64,000 nt of DNA, from assembly GCA_038087875.1 (NCBI GenBank), contig CM075987.1, forward strand, positions 23,066,001 through 23,130,000. The letters run 5' to 3'. This DNA comes from Malacoraja senta. Its lineage: Eukaryota. The stretch's first letter is position 1, and every line of letters starts with the position of its first letter. The position numbers and the translations under genes are program-made. Shown piece by piece: positions 49,367-60,625 of this stretch. The notes beneath the pieces are model-generated. The model did not search any database. It had not been told where the DNA came from and was given only the letters and a program-made list of their open reading frames with translations.

Positions 49367-51663
49367 GATAGACACTGAGAAGGTATGGAGACGTTTTGCA
49401 TGGTTTTTATTTTGCATATTGTTTATTACGAATACAATTTATTTTTGAGGGAAAAAAAATCACGGCTCTTTTGAAGGTGAGGAGGCAGAGATTTAAGAGT
49501 TTGCTCAGGGGCAACTTTTTAGCCTAGACGGTAGTCCGTATCTGGAATGAGTTGACAGAAGAAGCTAAAAGAGCAGATACAATTATTACTTTAAAAATAC
49601 ATTAGACCGTCTTTTGTATAGGAAGAGTTTACAGCTCTGTGGGTCAAATGTAGGCAAATGGGACGAGCCAAGTTGGCATGGCGAGATAGGCTGGCAGATT
49701 TGTTTCCATGCGGTACAGTTAGAACATAGAACAGTACAGCACAGGAACAGGCCCTTCGGCCCACAACGTCTGTGCCAAGACAGACTTAAATGCCTGCACT
49801 TAATCCGTATCTCTCCATTCTCTGCATATCTATGTGCCAATCCAAAAGCTTCTTAAAAACCCAAAAGCTTCTTAAAAATGCTGCCAGCCCCGCTGAGTTA
49901 CTCCAGCATTTTGTGCCTATCATATCTATCTCCACCACCACCCCTGGCAGCCCATTCCAGACACCCTCCCTGCTAGCAAACTAGCCCCACTCATCTCCTT
50001 TAAACTTTGCCCCTCTCATCTTATAGCTGTCCCCTCTGGTGCCTGATATTTCCACCCTGGGAAAAAGGTTTTTGACTGTCCACCCCTATCTATGCCTCTC
50101 ATAATTTGTATATACTTCTCTCAAGTCTCCTCTTAACCTCCAGCGATCCAGGGGAAACAATCCAAGTCTGTCCAACCTCTCCTTGTAGCTAATTTTTAAA
50201 AAAAAATTATTTCAAAATGCACTTTATTCGTGAAATAAATATAACCAATACATGATCCTTACAAGACTCCATCCAACATTCTCGGAGGCTATACATACAT
50301 TCAATACTGACGCAGGAGGAGCCCGGCCAGGACTCACCCCACAGAGCCCAGTCCCTCCACGCACTACAGTCTCCCAACCCCTGCAGAGTAGTTATTAAGA
50401 TGGCTGATCCGTGGGGCGGTTGATGCTGGGACGCAAGTCGGGGCCTGATCAACCCCGGCTGGGTCGCCTGGGCGAGGGTGTCTGATGTTGTGAGAGCCGA
50501 AACACCCGGTGACCCCAAGGTCACATCACGGAGGATGCGTCCCAGCGCATCTAGAAGATGCATATTATTTTTCACACACAAATTACACAAATTTATCCCC
50601 CACCCTTGCCACTCACGTGCCTCCCCCCCCCCCCCCTCCCGGCGTGGAATCCCTTCACTTATTTTTGAGGGGAGTCTCCACCACTCCCTGCCCCCCCCCC
50701 ATGTCCAGCAGCGGAAGGACCCTAGCCTGTGGTCCTCCCCCACAGAGCCTTGGCGTTGGCTGCACCGAGCTACAGTGCCCTCTAACCCAAACAGCTGGGT
50801 GTTGTGGTGCAAATGTCTCTTTCTGCTGTCTGCCTCTCAGACTCTATAACACACCCACCTCAGTGAATGGGTTTCAGGAGCGGCCGTGTAATTGTGATTG
50901 ATGGCACACTCTTCTCCCTCATTGTATTTAATATTCCCAGAATGAAGTTATAATCGTGGAATCTAATTACTGTTGTAGGCCCGGCCACGCTGGAGTCCGA
51001 CTGCAGCACACCATTAAAGAAGATTAGTCAGAAATAGAATCTGCTCTAACTGCCTGGGGCACATGGAAGCTGGATGAATGATTAATAACAAACACATAAA
51101 TTATGAAGCTGCATTTCACGCTCTGTAACCTTTGGTAAAGATTTATATCGCTGGTAATGGTTAGAGGCAGCTGTTGGCGGATTTCCCGCTCCTGGTCTCT
51201 GCATTATTGCCTTCATTCCTGCCGTACTTCAAACTGCTTAATCCTTCTGGACTCATCAGCAAGCTTCCGTGTAACACACCTTCCCATGTAATTTTAATCG
51301 ACGCTTTCCGGCCTCTCTGTAATAAAGGGAGTCAGTTGAGAGAAGTGAAACTGTTTCTGTGCCTCTTGGCTTTGTGCACGGACTGTGGTTATTGTACAGA
51401 GTGAAATGTCCCTCGAAACCACCCTGCGATACACTGCCAGGACAGGGCGGCAGGGTGGTGCAGCTGTTGGTAGAGCCGCTGCTTCAGTGCGCCAGAGACC
51501 TAGGTTCGATCCTGACCTCGGGTGCTGCCAGTGTGGAGTTTGCACACATTTTCCCTGTGACCACATGAGGTTTCCTATAGCTTACTCTGTTTTCTCCCAC
51601 ATCCTAAAGATGTGCAGGTTTGCAGGTTAATCAGCCCCTATAAAGTTGCCCCTAATGTGTAAA

Positions 51664-51993
51664 GGCCCTGTCCCACGGTACGAGTTCATTCAAGAGCTCT
51701 CCCGAGTTAAAAAAAAATAATCAAACTCGTGGTAAGCACGGAGAATGAACGTAGCGGGTACGTCGGAGCCCGGGGACGTCTCTTAGCGGCTCGTAACGCT
51801 AACGGCAGGTACTCGGGAAGACTCGTTAACGGCAGGTAAGCACGGGAAGACTCATGAAGATTTTTCAACATGTTGGAAAATGTCCACGAGAGCCCCGAGT
51901 ACCGACGAGCGGCCATTACCGTAAATCTCCGAGTTCGAATCAGGGCAAACTCGGGAGAGCTCTTGGAATTAACTCGTACCGTTGGACAGGGCC
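51664..51993. mobile_element. PIF/Harbinger-like MITE inserted in a SINE (51446-52214)
   Basis: TIR of about 45 bp: GGCCCTGTCCCACGGTACGAGTTCATTCAAGAGCTCTCCCGAGTT and AACTCGGGAGAGCTCTTGGAATTAACTCGTACCGTTGGACAGGGCC. Confidence 0.85.
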
Positions 51994-52530
51994 AAGAGGA
52001 GTGGATGCCAAAGTGGGATAACGCAGATAGTGCTGGAGTAACACAGCGGGTCAGGCAGCATCTCTGGAGAAAAAGGATGGGTGACGTTTCGGTTCGACCA
52101 GCATCTGCAGTTCCTTCCTACACGTACAGATCTAATGCGAACGGGTGATGAATGGCTGGCGTGGACGTGCAGGGCCGAAGGGCCATTTCCCACCTTGCAT
52201 CTTAACTGAACTAAAAGACGGGTTCAGCATGGATTAGTAACAGAATAGAGCTTCCTTCACATGCTGTCGCATCACACACTCCCAGCAACGGTCTGGGTCA
52301 AATATACAGCAGAGCTCCTTCTACACTGTCCCATCACACTCCCCGAACACAGGAGGGAAGCCCTGAAGAAGGAATGGATTTGTTACCAGGTTACCAGGTG
52401 AAATCCCCCTGCAGACTGTGCCACTAATCTCCCACCAGTCTGGTACAGGGTGGGTGAGCAACTGAGCCATGTGGATGCCTTGAATATGTAGGACGTTCCT
52501 TTCAAAACGATGCTGAGCACATCAGCAGGG

Positions 52531-52825
52531 TTTAGTTTAGAGATACAGAGTGGAAAGAGGCCCTTTGCCCCACCAGCAACGACCAGCGATCCCCGCACGC
52601 TATCACTATCCCATACACACACTAGGGACAATTTACAATTATACCAAGCCAATTAACCTACAAACCTGTACGTCTTTGGAGTGTGGGAGGAAAGCGGAGT
52701 CCCCAGTGAAAACACACGCAGGTCATGGGGAGAACGTACAAACTCTTAACAGACAGCACCTGTAGTCAGGATCGAACCTGGGTCTCTGGCGCTGTGAGGC
52801 AGTAACTCTACCGCTGCGCCACCAC
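52531..52825 (-). mobile_element. HE1/V-SINE-like SINE
   Basis: Complete reverse-oriented copy. Confidence 0.88.
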
Positions 52826-52884
52826 GAGACCAAACACCCCGCCCCACAGGCTGGGGGTGTCAGAGTCAACACTTTACTAGAATG

Positions 52885-53468
52885 CTGCCTGGATCAGAGG
52901 GTATTAGCTGTAAGGACAGCTTGGACAAACTTATGTGTAGGAAGGAACTGCAGATGCTGGTTTATACTGAAGTTAGACACAAAATGCTGGAGTAACTCAG
53001 CGGGACAGGCAGCATCTCTGGAGAAAAAGGATGGGTGACGTTTCGGGTTGGGATCCTTCTTCAGCCAAACTTAGCTTGTTTTCTCTGGGACGTTGAAGGT
53101 TGAGGGGCGACCTGATAGATTCGAAGTATATAAAATGATGGGAAGCATAGATGGGGCAGACAATCAGAACCTCTTTCCCAGGGTGGAAATGTCAAAGGCT
53201 AGAGGGCATAGCTTTAAGGCACGAGGGGCAACAGTTACAGGAGATGCGTGTGGCATGCTTCTTTGCACGGCAGGTGGTATGGGCGTGGAATGCACTGCCA
53301 GAGTGATTGTGGAGGCAGAACCGATAGTGGTGTTTGAAAGTGATTCAGATAGGAACATGGAGATGCAGGGAAGGGAGGGATATGGATCATGTGCAGGCAG
53401 ATGGGATTAGTTTAGTGTGGCACAGACTGTAGGCCGAGGGCCTTGTTCCAGTGTTGTACTGTTCTATG
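52885..53468 (+). mobile_element. CR1 fragment interrupted by a Penelope pLTR (52935-53065)
   Basis: CR1 peptide NLFPRVEMSKARGHSFK. The pLTR is bracketed by CAAACTTA on both sides. Confidence 0.7.
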
Positions 53469-54112
53469 TCCTGTGTCCTGTGATGGATAGGAATATTTGT
53501 TGGTGACATGTGACAGTGATGGTACGCGGGGGTGAGGAGGAAGGATGGTGGAGCAACACTCTCCATATGCTTCCCCTTCCCTCAGCACCTCTCGACTTCC
53601 TCATCCCCGCTCGCTCTCCCCGTTTGCCTTTCAGTATTCCACTTTCTTTGTTACTCTGAGAGGAGTTTGATTAATACTGAAGCCGAGGATCAAACGGAAC
53701 ATCGTCTGAGTGTTCCCTGCAGGCAGAGCCACTTAGAGCGCGGCTGAAACCCTTTCATTCCGAGCGAGAGAACTGTCTCTCCTTCTATCTGCTCCCTCCG
53801 AATCCGTCAGCTCCCATCTCACTTCAACGTACACTGCATCGTTCCGTCAGTTCTAAGTACATCAACACCTTGCACAAGCTTTCGCATTTAAGGAAGGATA
53901 TTTGATGTAACAGAACCTGTCCTCTCAGCTCCAAACCTTTACCGATGGATCAATTTCCCTTCGATTCACTTCACTTTTAAAGAAATGAAATAAAGAATCT
54001 GCGTTTATCGGCGTCTCGTGGAACCCCAAAATGATTCAGGGCCAATTCACTGAGTCCGAAGTGATGTAAGAACTCGGTACACAATTTGAGCAGAACTAGC
54101 CCCCTAGAAAAT

Positions 54113-54420
54113 GGGTGGTACAGTGGCACAGCCGCTAGATCCACAGCCGCACAGGGCCGGAGACCCGGGTTCAATCCTGACCTCGGGTGCTGTCTGTGTG
54201 GAGTTTGCACCTTCTCCCTATGACCTCCATTGGTTTTCTCTGGGTGCTCCAGTTACCTCCCACACTGCGGGTTTGCGGGTTAATTGGCCTCTGTAAATCG
54301 CCTCTAGTGTGTAACTGTAAGTGATGTGAAAGCAGGATAACATAAAACTTGTGTGGAGGATTGATCAATGGTCGGCATAGACTAGATGGGCTGAAGGGCC
54401 TGTTTCCAAGCCGTATCTTT
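54113..54420 (+). mobile_element. HE1/V-SINE-like SINE
   Basis: A-box, B-box, core and GGGCTGAAGGGCCTGTTTCC tail segment. Confidence 0.8.
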
Positions 54421-55269
54421 GAATCAATCAATTCAATGATATAAGGAAATGATCTGTTGTGGGGAGTTGGCTGTGACAAGAAAATCTGCAGAACATTCCC
54501 TGGTCTCCACCAATTCCAGGGAATTTTATCCTCCCCTGAATTGGCTGGCACGCTCTTAATTAGTACTTCAGCAAAAGGACGTAAACCAGGGCAAGACTTG
54601 TGCCATAAATGGTGGAACCCTGGAGAGCGTTGCAGAATGGGGAGGTGTGGGATTACAGGTGCAGGCTTCACTGGATGTGGCGAGTCAAGTAGTCAATGTG
54701 GTGAAGAGTTTGGCACACTTGGAACAATATCAAATACCAAAGGGCCTGTATCCATGCTGTATCTTTCAATCAATCAATCAATTCAATCATGATGGTTCCT
54801 CCTCTGAGCCTGCACCCCATTCAGTTAGATCATGGCTGAGCGACCATTTCCCATGTTGGTTCTGTAAGGGCTAATCACTTGACCCCACACAAGACTGTCA
54901 TCCTTAATTTAGAAATTTTCAATACATCAGCAGTCTCAACAGTGTTTGGAGGAGGGAGCACGGAGGTTCGTTCAACCTTGCGTGGAGAAGAACACAACAC
55001 AGCTTTAATTGTGCCCCAGTCTTCCCCAACAGATGAGGTGGCTTCCTTTCATCCCCCTCATACATTGAACACTGCGATCAGGTCTTCAGCATCAAAGATC
55101 TTCAGCACCTTCAGAAATGAAAACTTCATCGTCTCCTGCACCTGAGGAAATGACAAGTCTGCTTTCTGTCCCCAGAGTCAGAACTAAACATGGAGAAGCA
55201 GTGTTTAGTTTTTATGCACCACATATATGGAACAAACTTCCAGAAAAATGCAGGTCCGCTCCAACTCTG

Positions 55270-55548
55270 TTCTATTAAATTGGAGCTGAAGACTTTGCTG
55301 GTTGACGCTGGTTTTAATTACTTTTTACTTTTAATTAAATTAAATAACTATTCATTTCTAACACTGCACTGTAATTTTTATTCTTGTATTTTATACTTGT
55401 CTTATTCTATTTTAGCTTGTTTTTATTTTCTATTCTTTTTAATGACTGTTTTTCATTGCTTTTAATTGCATTTTAATGCTTTGTGTAAAGCACTTTGAAT
55501 TGTCTTGTTGCTGAAATGTGCTATATAAATAAACTTGCTTGCTTGCTT
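55270..55548 (+). mobile_element. L2-like LINE 3' end
   Basis: TGTAAAGCACTTTG...TGTGCTATATAAATAAA(CTTG)n. Confidence 0.6.
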
Positions 55549-55729
55549 TGAAAACAAGCCATTGCAAGGCAGAGGAACTGGGTAAGCCCAATAAAGATTT
55601 CATGAAGTTGATATGAGAGGTTATGATTGTCCAAGAAAATCAAACACAATGATGTTCTTCTGTGTAGAATAAGGAAATGGAAGTCTTTAAACTGATTGTA
55701 CGAGCAGACATGGACATATTATTTGCGAC

Positions 55730-56012
55730 AGAACCAGAGGACATAGGTTTAAGGTGAGGGGGGGGTACAGATTTAATAGGAATCTGAGGTGTAACTTTTT
55801 CCACACAAAGAGTGGTGGGTGTATGGAACGAGCTGTCAGAGGTAGTTGAGGCAGGGACAATTGCAACGTTTAAGAAACATTTAGACAGATACATGACAGA
55901 CAGGTTTGGAGGGATATGGGCCAAACGCAGACAGGTGGGACTAGTGTAGATGGGACATGTTGGTCGGTGTGGGAAAGTTGGGCCGAAGGGCCTGTTTCCA
56001 TGCTGTATCACT
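55730..56012 (+). mobile_element. CR1 LINE 3' fragment
   Basis: Matches the 3' half of the 32255-32808 copy. Confidence 0.8.
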
Positions 56013-56195
56013 CTGTGACCCTGCAGGCACTATGGATATGAGAGTGTCATTAGACAACAGACACAAGGATTTTTTTGTGAGCGATGTAGAGAGGGACAAA
56101 TATGTGAGAAGGTGAGTGAGGAATGTGAGGATTTGAGAAAGAAAGGTGGAGAGAAGAATATGATTTGAAAGAGGGAATGAGAGCTTGACTCTAAG

Positions 56196-56198
<3 letters not shown>

Positions 56199-56265
<67 letters not shown>

Positions 56266-56330
56266 GAGAGGGAGAGGGAGAGGGAGAGGGAGAGGCAGAG
56301 AGACGGAGAGACGGAGAGAAGGAGAGAAGG
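56199..56330. repeat. (GA)n microsatellite and purine tract
   Basis: Direct observation. Confidence 0.97.
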
Positions 56331-57061
56331 AAAAAAACATGAAATTGAGGAAGAGAGGTTGAGGGAGATAGGATTAAGATAGTGTGAGAGTGAATGAGTA
56401 AAAAAAGATTTCAAAAGAGAAAGCACATCAAATCTCAAGAGAGAAACACTGTAGCAGCTAGAGGCTCTTAAAACATATCATCACCTTGAAAGGGTTGTTA
56501 CTCTTTGATGTTTGGCTTATTTTAGAACAGGAAAATATATTTTAGTTTTAATCTTTGTTGCGTTCCTTTGCTTGATGTGAATAATTTCAGGCAGTAGAAT
56601 ATATCTGTGATTTAACATGCTATTAACTTAAAACAATTCTTAAGAGAGGTTTATAGAAGCTGGCATGTATGATGCATTAATTAGTTCGGCTTTTGATGCA
56701 TTATTGATAAGTTTTATGCTCCTTTAATATTGGTGAGCTGCGGGGAACTTTGAGTTATTTGGTGATTTAATTATTCTGGTTGAGAATAACTAAAGCAAAT
56801 ACAGGCAGCAAATGTCAAATCGCCAGCAGCAGGAACCTCTTGCTGCTACCAGCGGGAAGAAGGTGCAGGAGCCTGAGAACCGTGACCTCCAGGTTCAAGA
56901 ACGGCTACCTCAGCCTGTTAGCCATCAGGTTCCTGAAGCACACTGCACAACCCAAACAACAACCCTACTTCAGCAGTGATCCACAAAGGACCCTGCTCCA
57001 TGCCCTTGGTTTTTGCACTCTCCTGGTCACACTTACTTACAATCAACACGAATAATTTAGT

Positions 57062-57612
57062 CATAGTCACACAGTGTGGAAACAGGCCCTTCAGCCCAAC
57101 TTGCCCACACCGACCAACATGTCCCATCTACATTGGTCCCACCTGCCTACCTTTGACCCATATCCCTCTAAACCGAATACCTGCCTCAAACTGTGTACCT
57201 GCCTCAAACCTGTCCTATCCATGTACCTGTCTAAATGTCACCTTGCAATAGTCCTTGCCTCAACAACTCGTCCAGCATGTCATTCCTTACACCTGCCACC
57301 CCTTTTGTAGGGATCTGTTGAGAAGGGATCCCACTCATAGAGTCTTATAGTGTGGAAACAGGCCCTTCGGCCCAACTTGCCCACACTGGCAAACATGTCC
57401 CACCTGCCCGTGTTTGGCCCATATCCCTCTCCACCTGTCCTATCCACGTACCTGTCTAAATGTTACCTTGCGATCGCACCTGCCTCAATTGCTTCCTCTG
57501 GCAGCTTGTCCCGTACACCCACCACCCTTTATGTGAAAAAGCTACCCCTCAGGTTCCTATTAAATCTTCCCCCCCCCCTCACCTTAAACCTATGTCCTCT
57601 GGTTCTCGATTC
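57062..57612 (-). mobile_element. Two tandem CR1 3' fragments
   Basis: Two reverse-oriented copies starting with GTGGAAACAGGCCCTTC. Confidence 0.75.
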
Positions 57613-58507
57613 CATCTTTATTGCACATTTACGTTGTGTTCTGCCTGATGCGCCCGTGAAGCTGCAGCAGGTAAGAATTTTGTTGTTCTGATTCACATTT
57701 GGTGCATTTGACAAATAAACACACGTGACCCTTGACAAAAATACAAAGTACACGAGTACCGCAGGGGGGCAGGCAACACCTGTGAAGGACGAGGGTGGGC
57801 GATGTTTCAGGGTTGGGACCCTTCTTCAGAACTGATTGACCCTTGGCTTGAGGAGGAATTTATTTCGCCAGAGGGTGGTGAATCTATGGAAATTACTGCC
57901 ACAGATGGCTGTGGAAGCCAAAACATTGAGTATTTCTAAAGTGGAGATTGATAGGTTCTTGATTAGGAAGGGTGTCAAAGGTTACAGGGAGAAGGTGGGA
58001 GAATGAGATTGAGAGGGAAAAATAGATCAGCCATGATTGAATGGCAGAGTAGACTCAATGGGCTGAATGGCCTAATTCTATTGCCATGTCTCATGATCAT
58101 ATGGCCTTACAACTCTTGACTCATTGAAGTCCCTGTCTATCCTGCACTTTCTCACGTTGAAATTTCCCCAGGTGGCAAATACAATCCCACAATGCAGACA
58201 GATGAGTCCCGCAGCAAACCATCTCAGCTGCGGGACTCATCTGTAAGTCCTCCCATGGCACTCCTCCAGAAACTAAACCAGACAAAATTAAACACCAAGG
58301 TATCCAAAAAGATGACCGTGTTCAGAGGTAGGCGTTGAGGAGATTTTAAATGAAAGAAGGACAGAAACTGCAAAGATGGTACCTGATACGTTACAGGCTC
58401 ATACTTTCACCTTAGTTTTGACCAACAGTCCTGGTGTAATTCTGTGGTAGCACTGTCAGAGGGGCAGTACTGAGGGAGTGCCGCACTGTCAGAGGGGCAG
58501 TACTGAG

Positions 58508-58906
58508 CAAAGATCCTATAGCGGAGCAAGATAGTCCACTCGTCGAAAAAGACGTAATACGGTCATGGGCAGATTCATGGGTAATTTTCGGCCCCATTTC
58601 CGTAACCGGCTTCCGTCTCCGCACCAAAGATCCCGTAGCGGAGCAAAGATACCAGCGCGGAGACGGAAGCCGGTTACGGAAACATCCTCGTAAAAATAAA
58701 AGTTATTTGGGAAAAATCTTCTCCTCATTTTCAGAATTATAATTTATTAACACAAACTGTTCCCCCGCAACGTTGATTACACTGCGGGTCGTGTCGGGTT
58801 ACTGAAATGGATGAAGAAAAGGCTCACGTTCCACTCCGTTGCGTACTACATGTCAGCCCATTGCATTTAGAAGGAGTGGTCTATCTTGCTTGCTATAGGA
58901 TCTTTG
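58508..58906. mobile_element. MITE with CAAAGATCC termini and 8-bp TSD (copy 2, complete)
   Basis: TIR of about 34 bp (CAAAGATCCTATAGCGGAGCAAGATAG...CTATCTTGCTTGCTATAGGATCTTTG) and TSD GTACTGAG at 58500-58507 and 58907-58914. Confidence 0.93.
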
Positions 58907-59996
58907 GTACTGAGGGAGTGCCCCACTGTCAGAGGGGCAGTACTGAGGGAGTCCTCTGTGTAATATGGGAGTTTCTACATCGTCATAGGGTAAGTGCCAA
59001 GGTAGTGCTACACTGCTTTGGAGGCAGTGACATGGGAGTGCTTCACTTTCCACAGTGTTAAACTCATCAGGTCGACATCCCACATGCCTGATCTGCTGTA
59101 GATCAGGACAGGTCAGTATGGTCATCAAACAATAACAGAGAATAAATGCCATAGGTTTGGGTCATTATTGCATTTTTGGCGGCTTGTTTGGTGCAAATTA
59201 GCTGCAGCATCCTATAATTGCGAAAATGCTCTGGAATTATTTCGAGACGGTCGAGCATTTGGGATGTCCTCAGTGCTGCTCAAATGCTAATTATTTTTCT
59301 TCCTTTGCAAAATGCAGCGTGGCATTTAGTCGGAATGAAGGTGTTTTTGCTCCAAGCAAATGTTCCCTGATTAGCATGCAGTGCAAAGCATATGGTAGCC
59401 CCTTGACTGCATCCTGTACATGCAGACAGAATGCGCAGCAGGAAGCAATGTTTTACAAAGGATTACAGCGCGAGGTGGATTGTGTCATATCTGAGGGTTG
59501 TGTGAAATGATATTCCTCAAAAATAGATTGATATTCCTGATCTCTGCCACTCTCTCACTCACTCCCTCTCTCTGTCTATTTTCTCTCTCTCTGTTGGTGC
59601 CTATTACTTCCTAACTTGTTCTGTGTAAGAGTCTCTCCACCTCTTTTCAGGCATCTCGCCAGGTATCTAAAGCAAGCAGTAGGCTCTTTGCATGTGTGGA
59701 TTCAACAGTCTCGATCCACTGGTGGTTTATCACTAGGCTGGAAGCAGGAAAAAAGGCAGGGTGACTTTTTTATTTTTTATTAACCTTAATTTTATCTTTG
59801 TAATATCATTGCTGAGGTGACCCGTTGTCTTGTCAAACACATTTCATTGTACCGTTGACCCTGTGTTAAACCTACATATGACAAATAAAACTGAACTGAA
59901 CTGACTGAACTGAAGAGCTGCGTTAACATGGTGAATCCCATCATTAGCACCGCCTATCATTGAGCGGTGACTATTGCAAAATGGGAAATGCCTTTG

Positions 59997-60625
59997 AGTA
60001 GGAAAGAACTGCAGATGCTGGTATATACCGAAGATAGACACAAAGTGCTGGAGTAACTCAGTGGGTCAGGCAAAAAGGAAGGGTGGCATTTTGGGTCGGG
60101 ACCCTTCTTCAGACCCTTGAAGATGGGTTCCGACTTGCAACGTCACCCATCCTTTTTCTCCAGACATGCTGCCTGACCCGCTGAGTTACTCCAGCTTTCT
60201 GAGTCTACTGTCGGAGGGAGATATTGCACAGTAGGGATAGGTTGGTCAATGGTCATCTGTCCTGTGGATCCTGTCTACTGCATAAGGACCTTCCTCACAG
60301 GGGCTTCAACGAGGGAATCAAAAACTCATGCATAAGCAAGCATCATCTGAAAACGAAATGTGTAGGAAGGAACTGCAGATGCTGCTTTACACCAACGATG
60401 TATCGAAGATTACAGGTAAAAATGAACCATTTTACATTTCCTTCTCATCACCGTCTGCTTTGATCTGTCATTTTCACACCTTACCCTTCCATATCTCTAG
60501 ACTCCCTCTCCCCTGACTTTCTGTCTGAAGAAGGCTCTCAACCCGAAACTTCACCAATTCTTTCTCCCCAGAGATGCAGCCTGTCCTGCTGAGTTACTCC
60601 AGCATTTTGTGACTACCATCTGCAG
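59997..60625. mobile_element. Cluster of inverted Penelope pLTR fragments
   Basis: Several AGGAACTGCAGATGCTG and CTGAGTTACTCCAGC blocks in both orientations, with degenerate CTGAAGA...GAAAC cores. Confidence 0.7.

Noticed and set aside
55941..56438. LS-repeat and ER-repeat ORFs
   Set aside because: Artefacts of the (GA)n microsatellite.
58198..58244. Hammerhead ribozyme (GATGAGTCCC...GGGAC resemblance)
   Set aside because: It has CAGATGA rather than CTGATGA and no GAAA after the stem.
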